Source: Octopus vulgaris
Lineage: Eukaryota
Length of the DNA: 64,000 nucleotides
Reading direction: 5' to 3'
Assembly: GCA_951406725.2 (NCBI GenBank)
Contig: OX597834.1
Span: 2,294,001-2,358,000 of the forward strand
Positions 53,377-64,000 of this stretch are shown here, piece by piece. Under the pieces are notes generated by a model that saw only the letters and a list, made by a program, of their open reading frames with translations, was not told the origin of the DNA and did not search any database. The number at the start of each line of letters is the position of its first letter. Position 1 is the first letter of the stretch. The translations under genes and the position numbers were made by a program.

Positions 53377-53413
<37 letters not shown>

Positions 53414-53829
53414 GCTTTCACAAGATGTACGCATCTTCGGTTTAATCTTCAAATCCTTTCTGTTTGGAACAAGTCAAATACGCAGAGAAAAGTTCAGCCT
53501 TCGCACATCTCAACTGTTCACTGCACAATATTATTTGATTAAATCCGCCGCCAACCTAAGCGAGACTACCATTATGCAAATTAGTCTACCCTCTTCGCTG
53601 TTGCCGGCATATCTGGTGGCCAAGTGATGCCATTAGTTGCGTAATCTTCCTCTGACGGTGCGGGGGCGGTGGTGGTGGATGGGGGTGGAGGTGTATGCGG
53701 TGTCTGTGAACTCGTCTCAGGTCGTTCACTCTTTATTCTTTGCAGACGTAAAACCGACGTTTGTTTACATGTGTCGCTTTGTTTATTTACACCTTCATGT
53801 AGCTTCCGGCAACACACACATACACACAC

Positions 53830-55023
53830 ACACTTCCTCCGCCTCCGACTCGTGTGCAGCCGGGACCAGGATTTCGAGACCCGTACCAATACCCGGCCCT
53901 CTTGTTCATGCGTCGCAGATAGCCTTCGACCCTTGTCTAAACTGCCCTTACCTGCGTTCCTCAAATCGAACGTACCACCGCCTTCTCTCCTTCGCCACTC
54001 CAATTCCCCCAACCCATTTTCCTCTCCGTTTCCACCCCTCCACCCTACTCCTTCGTCGGAAGATCCTGCGGGACTTCCGTCGTCTTCAGCTAGATCCCAC
54101 CATCCTCTCTGTTTTCTTCAACCCACCCTTGCCCTCCTTCAAAAGCGCCAGTAACCTACGCACCTTACTGGTCCGTAGCTCCCTCCCCTCCTCCATTCCA
54201 ACTCATCCCGGATCCTTCCCCCGTTGCCACACTTGTCCTTTCATCACCAACACCACCTCCCTCACTTGATCCAACCAGCACACCCTCTACATTAGGAACT
54301 CTTTCTCCAGCACTTCTTCAAGCCTCATTTACTCTATCAGGTGTAATCTTTGCAATAAACTTTCCGTGGGCCAGACGGGCCGCCGGCGAGCCGACCGGTT
54401 CACACAACACCTACGAGACGTTCGTCTACGTAAGAACACCGTCTGACATTTTCGCTTGGTGCCCACGCCACCTCATACCTCACCATCTTCGGCCTTTCCC
54501 TACACCATGGATCCACCAACTCTAGGCTCCGCCTGGAACAGCATTACATTTTCACCCTATATACTTACACTCCTTTCGGACTTAACACAACCCCCTCCTC
54601 TCAGTGACTTTCCCTACAAACCCTTTTTTGAAAAAAAACATTTCACTCTATCTTTTTATTCGTTTATTCTTATATATAATTTTTTAAAAATAATTTTTAT
54701 TTATTTCTGTTACTGATTTATTCACATTTATTGTTTTATTATTACTAATTTTTATTTTTCATTATTTATTTATATTATTTTTTATTTCTTATATTCCTAT
54801 ACCACACCTCTCTCTCTTTCTCTCTCTCTCTCTCTAACACACACACGTGTGTGTGGATATAGTTTTTTTTATTCTCTCTCTGTTTATTTCCTCGTGTTCC
54901 TTTCTGTTGAAGAGCGTAGGCTCGAAACGTAAAAAAACTTCCTCACCTTCCCGAGCGTTAAACTAATACACCTGTTTGTTGTTTATACACCTGTCTTCGT
55001 ATTTTTGTTTTTCTGTAAATTTC

Positions 55024-55025
<2 letters not shown>
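53830..55025 (+). mobile_element. Penelope-like retroelement 3' fragment (RT C-terminus, Cys-rich linker, GIY-YIG endonuclease, pseudo-LTR); Neptune-like
   Basis: PLRFHP...NLRTLLVRS...PRCHTCPFI, then LIYSIRCNLCNKLSVGQTGR..DRF.QH, followed by a hammerhead-like motif at 54901-54934. Confidence 0.85.
54901..54934 (+). ncRNA. Minimal type I hammerhead-ribozyme-like motif (PLE pseudo-LTR), variant core
   Basis: TTT CTGTTGA A GAGC-GTAG-GCTC GAA ACGT A AAA: short stem I, core, 4-bp stem II, GAAA, palindromic ACGT stem III and GUA site. Confidence 0.6.
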
Positions 55026-55118
<93 letters not shown>

Positions 55119-55268
55119 TTAAAAGAAGAAAAAGAAGATGGCGATAAGGAAGTTAACAATTATTTATTATTAATTAATGGTTCAAATTTGTAATTAAATT
55201 ATGGAGTATTAGTTGAACCGGTTGTGAGAAGCGAAGATGATCAATTTGCTAATAATTATTTCTACTCT

Positions 55269-55932
55269 GGCGGCGAACTGGCAGAATCGTTAGCACGCTG
55301 GGCGAAATGCTTAGCGGTATTTCGTCTGCCGTTACGTTCTGAGTTCAAATTCCGCCGAGGTCGACTTTGCTTGTCATCCTTTCGGGGTCGGTTAAATTAA
55401 GTATCAGTTACGCACTGGGGTCGATATAATCGACTTAATTCCTTTGTCTGTCCTTGTTTGTCCCGTTTATGTTTAGCCCCCTATAGGCAATAAAGAAATA
55501 AGAAACGTTAGCACGCCAGGCGAAATGCTTAGTGGTAGGTATTTCGTCTTCTTTACGTTCTGAGTTCAATTTTCGCCGAGGTCGACTTTGCCTTTAATCC
55601 TTTCGGAGTCGATAAATTAAGTACCAGTTGCGTACTGGGGTCGATCTAATCGACAGGCCTCATCCCCGAAAATTTCGGGCCTTGTGCCTAGAGTAGAAAG
55701 GAATAGTTATTTCTACTCTAGGCACAAGGCCTTGAAAATTTTTTTTTTGGTGGGGGGAATGGGGCTAGTCGATTACATCAACCCCAATGCGTAGCACTTA
55801 TTTCGTCGACCCCGAAAGAATGAAAGGCAAAGTCGACCTCGACGGAATATGAACTCAGAACGTAAAGACAGACGGAATACCGCTAAGCGTTTCTCTCGGC
55901 GTGCTAACGTTTCTGCCGGCTCCTCGCCGCCT
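55269..55932. mobile_element. Cluster of SINE family C: two plus-strand copies and one inverted copy; central segment resembles the Deu/Nin-type SINE domain
   Basis: GGCGGCGAACTGGCAGAATCGTTAG head, GAGTTCAAAT B-box and ATCCTTTCGGGGTCG..AAATTAAGTA core. Other copies near 16760-16910, 18292-18460 and 26505-27000. Confidence 0.8.
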
Positions 55933-56177
55933 TTGACCAAATCTCTTAACAATAAATAATCGTTAACTTCCTTATCTCCATTTTCTCTTCTTTTTTCCAA
56001 ATGGATATAAACTATCTGCTTAATATTGTTTTATATGGGAATTTCTAAATACTTGGTATTGAACCAGTATTTCCTTGGATGCAACCATCCATTCACGGGG
56101 TTAACATATCCTCTAATTATATATATATACACGTACATATATATGCATACACACATACATATATACACATATACATT

Positions 56178-56217
<40 letters not shown>

Positions 56218-56306
56218 AATAAATATATATATATATATATATAAATATATATATGCACACACATGTGCATACGCATATGCATTCCCATACATACTTACAT
56301 TATATA

Positions 56307-56350
<44 letters not shown>

Positions 56351-56404
56351 ATGGATAAAAACGTCAAGATAGAAAATGCTAAAATAATTTTATAAAAAAC
56401 ATTT

Positions 56405-56440
56405 CAGTACCGGTTTCAGTCATTGAGACTTTTTCAACTG
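56405..56440 (-). ncRNA. Candidate minimal hammerhead ribozyme, left arm of the foldback
   Basis: Minus strand reads CAG TTGAAAA AGTC-TCAAT-GACT GAA ACCGGT A CTG. Confidence 0.5.
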
Positions 56441-56722
56441 TAAGTATGGAAAACAATTAAATTTTGGAAAAATTAAAAGAAAAGTTTTTTTAAAAGAATA
56501 TTTGCATAGTATTCAAATACAAGGGGCATTTTCCTTGTTTCTTCTGCCTTCTTCTTCTTCCTTACCAAGAATTCACAGTGACCTGGAACCCACAAGAGTA
56601 AACAAGAGAGACAGAGACAGGCAGAAACAAGGAAAATGCCCCTTGTATTTGAATACTGCGCAAATATTCTTTAAAAAACTTTTCTTTTAATTTTTTCAAA
56701 ATTTAATTGTTTTCCGTGCTTA

Positions 56723-56758
56723 CAGTTGAAAAAGTCTTAATGACTGAAACCGGTACTG
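56723..56758 (+). ncRNA. Candidate minimal hammerhead ribozyme, right arm of the foldback
   Basis: CAG TTGAAAA AGTC-TTAAT-GACT GAA ACCGGT A CTG. Confidence 0.5.
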
Positions 56759-56932
56759 AAATGTTTTTTTATAAAATCATCTTAGCATTTCCTACCTTGA
56801 CTTTTTCCCATATATATCAACTCGTGTGTTCCTTTTCAACCTTCTACACGCACACATACACACACATATATATATATTTACATATATGCTGTGTATGTGC
56901 GCGTATCAGTACACACACACACACACACACAC

Positions 56933-56984
<52 letters not shown>

Positions 56985-57073
56985 TGTATGTATATATATC
57001 TTTATATATAAATATGTACATATATGTGTTCGTATGTATACATATGTATATGCATCTCTCTCTCTCTCGCTCT

Positions 57074-57125
<52 letters not shown>

Positions 57126-57416
57126 CATCAATACACATACACAAAAATATACACACGCACTCACACATGTGTATATATGGATAGATGGATGGTTCTCCGT
57201 CGGTTTCGATGATGAAGATTTTATTGATCAACTAAATTTTGTCCCTTTTTAATTAACTTGACAATGTGGCTGAGTATTCCAGAGAAATACATGTATCTTC
57301 AACTTAATACTCAGATAGAATCAACTTAACACAATAAAGCTGTTGCCTTTGAAATGCGCGAACAATCCGACGGGATTCTCTATAGTTTCCATCATCATAA
57401 TTCTATTCTCACTGTA

Positions 57417-58731
57417 CGAGGTGATGTCAAAAACAAAAAAGTTCCCGGAATAGATATGTTTAATGAAAAATAACTTATTTACCTGAGTTTTCACATCATC
57501 TCCTTCGAAATAGTCACCTTGCGCAGCACTACACCAGACCCAGCGTTCCTGCCAATTTTGGATGGTGGTCTGGAAATCGTTTTCCGTAAGCGGATCGAGG
57601 ACCTTCTGCGATTTGTTCTGTATCTCAACAACAGTGTTAAAATGGCGACCTTTGAGCTGGATTTTCATCTTTGGGAAGCGATGGAAGCCTGTGGGTGCTG
57701 AATCTGGTGAATAGGGGTGGGTGTGGAAGCGATACCATGTTGCATTTGGTGAGAAACTCTCGAATGAGGGGATCTCGGTGGGAGGGGGAGCATTGTCCTC
57801 GTGGAGAATCCAGTCCTTCGCGTTCCACAGACCTGGTCGCTTTCGCCGAATGTCCTACTCCCTCAAATGCTTCAACTCTCGAATAACGGTCCTGGCACTG
57901 GGAGGGGATCGAACTCTCGATGCACAAAACTGAAAATGTCGGAAAGACGATGAGCATGCTTTTGATTGAGCTGCGGCTCTCTCGTACTCTCTTCAGTCAT
58001 GGAGATGAAGACCTCTTCAATTGCGATGGCTGCTGCTTCGTCTCAAGGTCGGTCGCATAGACCCAACTCTTGTCCCCTGTGATGACCCTCGAGGTGTAGG
58101 ACGGGTCATCAGTGTGGTACGCTGACGGAGATCTTGACAGACTCAATGCGATGTTCTTTCTGCTCAGTGGTCAGCAGGCAGGGTTCAGACTTGGCAGAGA
58201 CATGCCGCATGTTTAATTCAGATGTTAGGATTGCCTGCTGCCCGGACCCATACGACAGACCAACAGCATCAGCAATGTCTTTGATTGACCCCCGACAATC
58301 CTTATGTGCAAGCTGATGAATTTTAGCCACATTTCCGGGGGTGACCCTCGTGGCAGGACAATCACTCATCATCTTCCAGGGATGTTTTCCCGCTTTTGAA
58401 GCGCCCGTGCCACTCGAAACGTTGCCTACAAACTATTGCCTTGTCACCGTAAACTTGCCAAAACATGCTCAATGTCTTTATAGCAGACTTTCCAAGTTTA
58501 ACGCAAAATTTCACGTTGACTCTTCGTTCTTTTCCATAACAAAGTCGCACTCTACAGCATACACGTGACCACAAAAGCACAAATTTCACAAGATGCGAAG
58601 TAAACACAGCGATGTCACCCGGCGTACTGCCTTATGAAGGACACTGCTAGTCCTCACTGTGCATGCAACCGTGTGCCGCCATCTGTTGGCGCGCTACAGA
58701 ACTTATCCGGGGACTTTTTGATACCACCTTG
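57417..58731 (-). mobile_element. Full-length (~1.3 kb) degenerate mariner transposon
   Basis: TA target duplication on both sides and imperfect TIRs CGAGGTGATGTCAAAAA/CAAGGTGGTATCAAAAA. Frameshifted transposase RVNVKFCVKLGKSA...MKIQLKGRHF...GDYFEGD. Confidence 0.92.
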
Positions 58732-58839
58732 TATAGGTTGACCCTGAAGCTATAAAAATGACGTTGCCCACGAAGTCACTTAGTGGAATCGAGCGTAAGG
58801 CCTCGCGGTTGTGAAGCGAATTCTTTAACCATTTGACCA

Positions 58840-59082
58840 AACTGTGCTTACACACACACACACGTACACTCGTGCGCACATACTCACACTCTTACACCTT
58901 ATATGTTTCTTAGTGAGTATGTGTGTGTGTGTGTGTACGTGTGTGTGTGTGTGTGTGTGTACATACGAACGCACGCACATACGCACATATATAGATGTAT
59001 ACCGTCAAATTAGTGAATAGACTACTGTTGAGAACTGTTATCTATGTAATATGTATGTAAGGTGTGTATATATATATATATA

Positions 59083-59147
<65 letters not shown>

Positions 59148-59487
59148 TCTATATATATACTCTATATACATATATATATATATATCCTATATACATATAT
59201 ATAACATATATATGTATATACCTTACATACATATACAAATATATGTATATAAATATGTATATATATGTATATGTATATGTATATATATATATGTATATAT
59301 ATGTATATATATGTAAGTATATATATATATATGTATATATATATGTATATACATATATATAAATATATAGATATATGTGCTCGTATATATATATATAACA
59401 TATATGCATATACATACATATAACATACATACACGAACAAGCCAAGTTCTGTCATAATGCATATTATTATTATTAATGAATGTAATG

Positions 59488-59546
<59 letters not shown>

Positions 59547-59692
59547 CAAGCGTGCAAATGTGTATATATGTATGCATTTCTGTATGTACGTATATTATTA
59601 AAGTATATCACAAAACTGTTTATCTGTTTGTGGCTCTCTCAGCATCTACTTATATACACCGCATGCCTGCATGTGTGCATGTGTATACGCGA

Positions 59693-59735
<43 letters not shown>

Positions 59736-59745
59736 TATATGTACG

Positions 59746-59800
<55 letters not shown>

Positions 59801-59987
59801 GTATGTATATATATGTATATCTATCTATCTATATGTATATATATATATATATATACATACCTACATAAATACTGTGTGGTTGTACATGCATATATGTGTT
59901 TATATATATAAACGTACACATGTAAACACACACACATATTCATACACACACACTCTCTTACATACACACACACACACACTCTCTCTC

Positions 59988-60018
<31 letters not shown>

Positions 60019-60110
60019 CATACATACATACATACATACATACATACATACATACATACATACATACATGCATACTTACATGCGTATATACTTACATGCG
60101 TATATACACG
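58840..60110. repeat. Compound microsatellite field (TA, TG, CA, TACA)
   Basis: Direct inspection; source of the YI/CV/TH low-complexity ORFs. Confidence 0.95.
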
Positions 60111-61039
60111 GTGTGTTTTCGTTTCCGTTTGACTAATATTATCTAAAAAAAAAATGTGAGAATGAGTTCGCTGAAAATAAATCAGATTGCTATCTTATGA
60201 ATCAACAACACTTTGCTGCTCTCTGTCGCCATCTTATCTGCTTCACTTTTACTCGTCTGCACTGATAAGCTCGCTTTATCTCTGGCCGAGTTCTTTTTAA
60301 ACACAATAACTTTTATTAATAACTAATATACTAGCATCCTTTACTATTCCCTGCAATTTTTCGTTCATTTTTTTCTTCTCAAACTCTTTTCTTTGTTTTA
60401 TTTTTTAACGTTCGTATTCTTTTCTTTCTTTTATATTTTCGTTCTTCATCTAACATTCTCGTTTTTCTCATTCCTTGTCTTCCACTCCCTCTCTCTTTCT
60501 CTCTCTCTCTCTCACCCTTTCTCTCTATCTTTCTTATTTTAGTAATACTGTCAGTATTAGTTTCTATATTAATATATTTTATCTCAGTCTTCCACCTTCT
60601 CTTCTGTCTTTTGTTGATTTTTTTAATTTACGTTTTGGAATTTATTCAAAATCTTGACGCAATTCATTGATAATTATTTAAAAAGTATTTTTAGAGTGTA
60701 ACGTATCACTCCATGTGTAAGCAAACGAGATATAAAGTTTCTTTGTGAACAAGTATGTGTGTAAAGACATGTATGTTTACCAGTGCATGTACATTGGCAG
60801 GCAGGCGTACATATATGTGTAGAAAATATATACGTATGCTGCGTATTCATCGAATACTATACCACACTGTCCGACGATGCTGCTTCACTGGTTCAATGAC
60901 ATAAAGAATAATACATCGTATAAATTCGCCGAATGAAACGTAGATTTCAATTCGACGATGTAAAGCTTCACGTCTATTAAAAGCTCTGGAGTTCACAAAA
61001 AAAAAAGATTCATTTCATCAACAACTAATAGAATAATAA

Positions 61040-61800
61040 TGTACTCCAAAACCTCTGTGCCATTCTGTGACAATACAGATTGTAAGTAAAGAAATGAAGA
61101 ACAGGTTTTCTATGTACGTATGGGATCTACAGCTGAGTAGAAGAAAACGAATTATCAGAGCTATGCAACCTAGAAAAAACTAAGCAACTATACAATCCTT
61201 CGAGGAAAGGACTCTACAGAGATGACGAGCTAACAATGTGTTAAAATATAAATGGACATGAATTTAACACATTTAGATAAGAACATTCAAACAAATGCTT
61301 TGAAGAAGCACAACTTCAAAATAACTACCCAAACTCACCAAGCCATAGTACATTTCGTAGAAATAATGGTAAACCTAACCACAGTGGAACGAAATTCTTA
61401 TAGAAAACTTGACGATGTATCTCTAGATGAACAAATATTTCAACCATCCACCTTTGATAATAGAGAACCTAGTCATCAGCTTAAGCTAGGGAATCTCTAT
61501 AATATTCTCACCGCAACCACAGTCGATCAAGCACGGCTAGTCTATAATGAAACCCTAAAAACGAGCGGCTTGAAAGCAAAATTAGAATCTATTCTCCAAA
61601 TGTATACGAATGAACTGATCAAAAAATAAATATAATCTCACCCAATCAACTCTTCAGCCGAAATGCTGTGAGAAATATAACAGTAGTCTTCCTACCACTA
61701 ATTACAAAACACTTTCTAACCAATCAGAAATTTTATAAGCTATTCGATAAGAACATCGTAAAAGTTAGCCATAGCTGCATATTAAATCCCAAAACTCGAC
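61040..61800 (+). mobile_element. Degenerate Penelope-like reverse transcriptase fragment (second PLE lineage)
   Basis: MGS..AE motif near 61120, GLYRDD at about 61210, NFKITTQ...VHF.E...NL....YRK, and KLFDKN.VKVS.SC near 61740. Confidence 0.7.
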
Positions 61801-61849
61801 GTCCAAACTATAAACAATGAAATATACATCCTATTGCCGACCACATATT

Positions 61850-62620
61850 AAGCTTAAGAGGATGGAACGAGGGCCTTAATAGAGAATTGCTGCTCACTGC
61901 CCGCGATGTGTTGGTGTCGTTATTTTCTTCTGCAAGAAAGCTTTTCTTCAGTAACAAACATTTTTCCACTGCTCATCTAACCCAGCATTCAAGTCTCTCA
62001 GATATTTTTAAAAACGAAACTCCATTTTTGGTGAGGCTGTCGAACCACTTGACGACCAGAATCTGTCTCAGTCTGGAATGGTCGAGTGTTATGAGATGCT
62101 GTTCTTGGCTGGAGTCGAGGCTCCCCGTCTCGCTGCCATAGAATAATGTGTGGAGGAACACAAATTCTGTAGACTACAACATTGGTGTGTGTGTGGATCA
62201 ATTTACTCTTTATTCCGACTCTTTTTATCAGCATGGTGAATGCTCAAACAGATTTCTTCAACGCAGATTCTAGTGAGAAACGGTCCGTGATGGGGGAGCC
62301 AAATCAAGTGGATCCTGGACTACATCCAGCTCGTTGTTGGTGATGGTAACAGTAGAGGGCGCTAGACATCTTGGTTCAACACTCTGATCTTCTCCAAACT
62401 GACGGTAGTTTAGCTGAAATTCTATTCAACTCTTGGCAAGCTATTCATCAAGAGAAGCATAGCAGTTGCTACTCAAAATATGGCAAACGCCGCCTCGTCT
62501 GCAATCAACGTGGTCCCACTGAGTACTTCGCACCCGTTAATTTTCTTTTCTCTGTCGCCCGACCCCTCTTTAAATTGAAAAGCCTTCCGCCATTTTATAG
62601 GGAAGCAGACACTGTCATTT
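61850..62620 (-). mobile_element. Degenerate RTE (BovB-like) LINE fragment
   Basis: LIADEAAF (decayed FADDAA) and TLFYGSET...LRQIL.VKW.D motifs. Confidence 0.75.
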
Positions 62621-62811
62621 AATGTCTCAAATTTGAGGTTCGCCAGAAAACAGCGAGCGCGCGTGTATACATACATACATACATACATACATACATACAT
62701 ACATACATACATACATACATACATACATACATACATACGCACATACATACATGTATATATATAATATAAAATGTAAATATATACATATATATATAATATA
62801 AATATATAAAT

Positions 62812-62842
<31 letters not shown>

Positions 62843-63776
62843 TATAGTGCATGATTATATATATATATTTATATACGCACACATGTATTTGTATACTTCA
62901 GTAAATACATACGCACATGATACCCATGCGTGCATTATGCATATATATGCACATGTATATATATATATATATATAATATACACACACTCGCGCATACCCA
63001 CACATACATACATATATATATATATATACATTTCCCAAAGATGTATATAATATCATAATTTCCCTTCTTTTGATTGTTTTTCTAGTATTGCCCAACTAGG
63101 TTAAACATCCTCCAGAAGTGATTTAAATTATAAACAACGGTTTCAATACGCACGCACGTGTTTCCTGTTGAACACAAATGTTCAACGGAAGTAGAAATTA
63201 AAGGGCGGTAAATACCTTTAAATATAGGGAGGACTTTGAGCGAAACTGCGAATTGATTGGTCAGTTATTTCATGGAAAATATTTATTTATAAAACATTTG
63301 GCAAGACAAACTGTCGGCGTGTGCACGGGTGTGTGTATATATGTATACACGAACACAGACGCACACACACACACACGCATATAATTTAAAGGTAGATACA
63401 CACGCATACACACACACACACAGGCACGTATATACACATTCACACACATAGAACAGGTTTATTTACATTAGCAGAAATAAATAAATACTTCATTTAACCG
63501 AATTAAGATGTATTCAGATTCCAGTATTGAGTACTTTTTCTTACTTTCGTTCCCATTATCACACACATACACGATAATGTTTCAACCAGCATTAACAGGC
63601 AAAGGAGAAAAGTAGCAGTAAATGCATCGCCTGCACTCACCCGTACTCGTCATACTTGCAGCATCTGCAGGTTTCTTTGCAAAGCGTTGGCGCGACTCAA
63701 ATCTCACATTCGACATCAGCATTAAGAAAGTGTAGGTTGTCGGATGCTTATGCGTTGAAACCGACATGAAAGTCTA

Positions 63777-63850
<74 letters not shown>

Positions 63851-64000
63851 GGTTGGTCAAAAGTAAGTCAAAATTCCATAAATACTGTCTGTAATTCTGT
63901 ATTGACTGGAATGGCAAAATGTGTCGCCCAAGAAGGACTTCAGTTCGAACAATTTTCATGATGTTTCATATTCAGATGTTTTTATTAAACTCATTCACTT

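Larger units (their letters stand above)
56352..56812. mobile_element. Foldback element: ~195-bp inverted arms and ~70-bp spacer, inserted in (TA)n/(TG)n
   Basis: 56352-56547 is the reverse complement of about 56620-56812 with few mismatches. Confidence 0.9.

Noticed and set aside
59051-60146. Long ORFs rich in YI/CV/TH (also at 50343-51316, 52904-53200 and 56707-57252)
   Set aside because: Translations of dinucleotide microsatellites.
63844-64000. Possible Tc1/mariner terminus at the window edge
   Set aside because: Cut by the window end, with no partner TIR or clear transposase motif visible.

Overview
Eukaryotic, AT-rich, repeat-dense DNA. The SINE, RTE-tail and microsatellite content looks like an octopus (coleoid cephalopod) genome; this is inference. 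Three spliced protein-coding genes can be rebuilt exon by exon with consistent phases. (1) Splicing factor PRPF38B on the minus strand: coding exons from 8224 down to 3389, the RS-rich C-terminal exon(s) not found in the window, and probable 5'UTR exons out to about 28.6 kb. (2) A two-exon, 145-aa glutaredoxin-1-like gene on the plus strand (33252-36175) whose CxxC motif reads VPAC. (3) A six-coding-exon, 361-aa ankyrin-repeat/SOCS-box (ASB-type) gene on the minus strand (50212-39037). The rest is mostly decayed mobile DNA: mariner and maT transposons, RTE LINEs and their 3' tails, two Penelope-like (PLE) fragments, three tRNA-derived SINE families, hAT- and TTAA-type MITEs and microsatellites. 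The most unusual signals are these. A ~460-bp foldback element has a minimal hammerhead-ribozyme fold with compensatory core changes in each arm. Other variant hammerhead motifs lie near the PLE relics. One PRPF38B intron combines a GC donor with a duplicated, stop-introducing acceptor. The glutaredoxin intron also has duplicated acceptors, and the glutaredoxin lacks its catalytic Cys. Coordinates were read by eye, and repeat boundaries are approximate.
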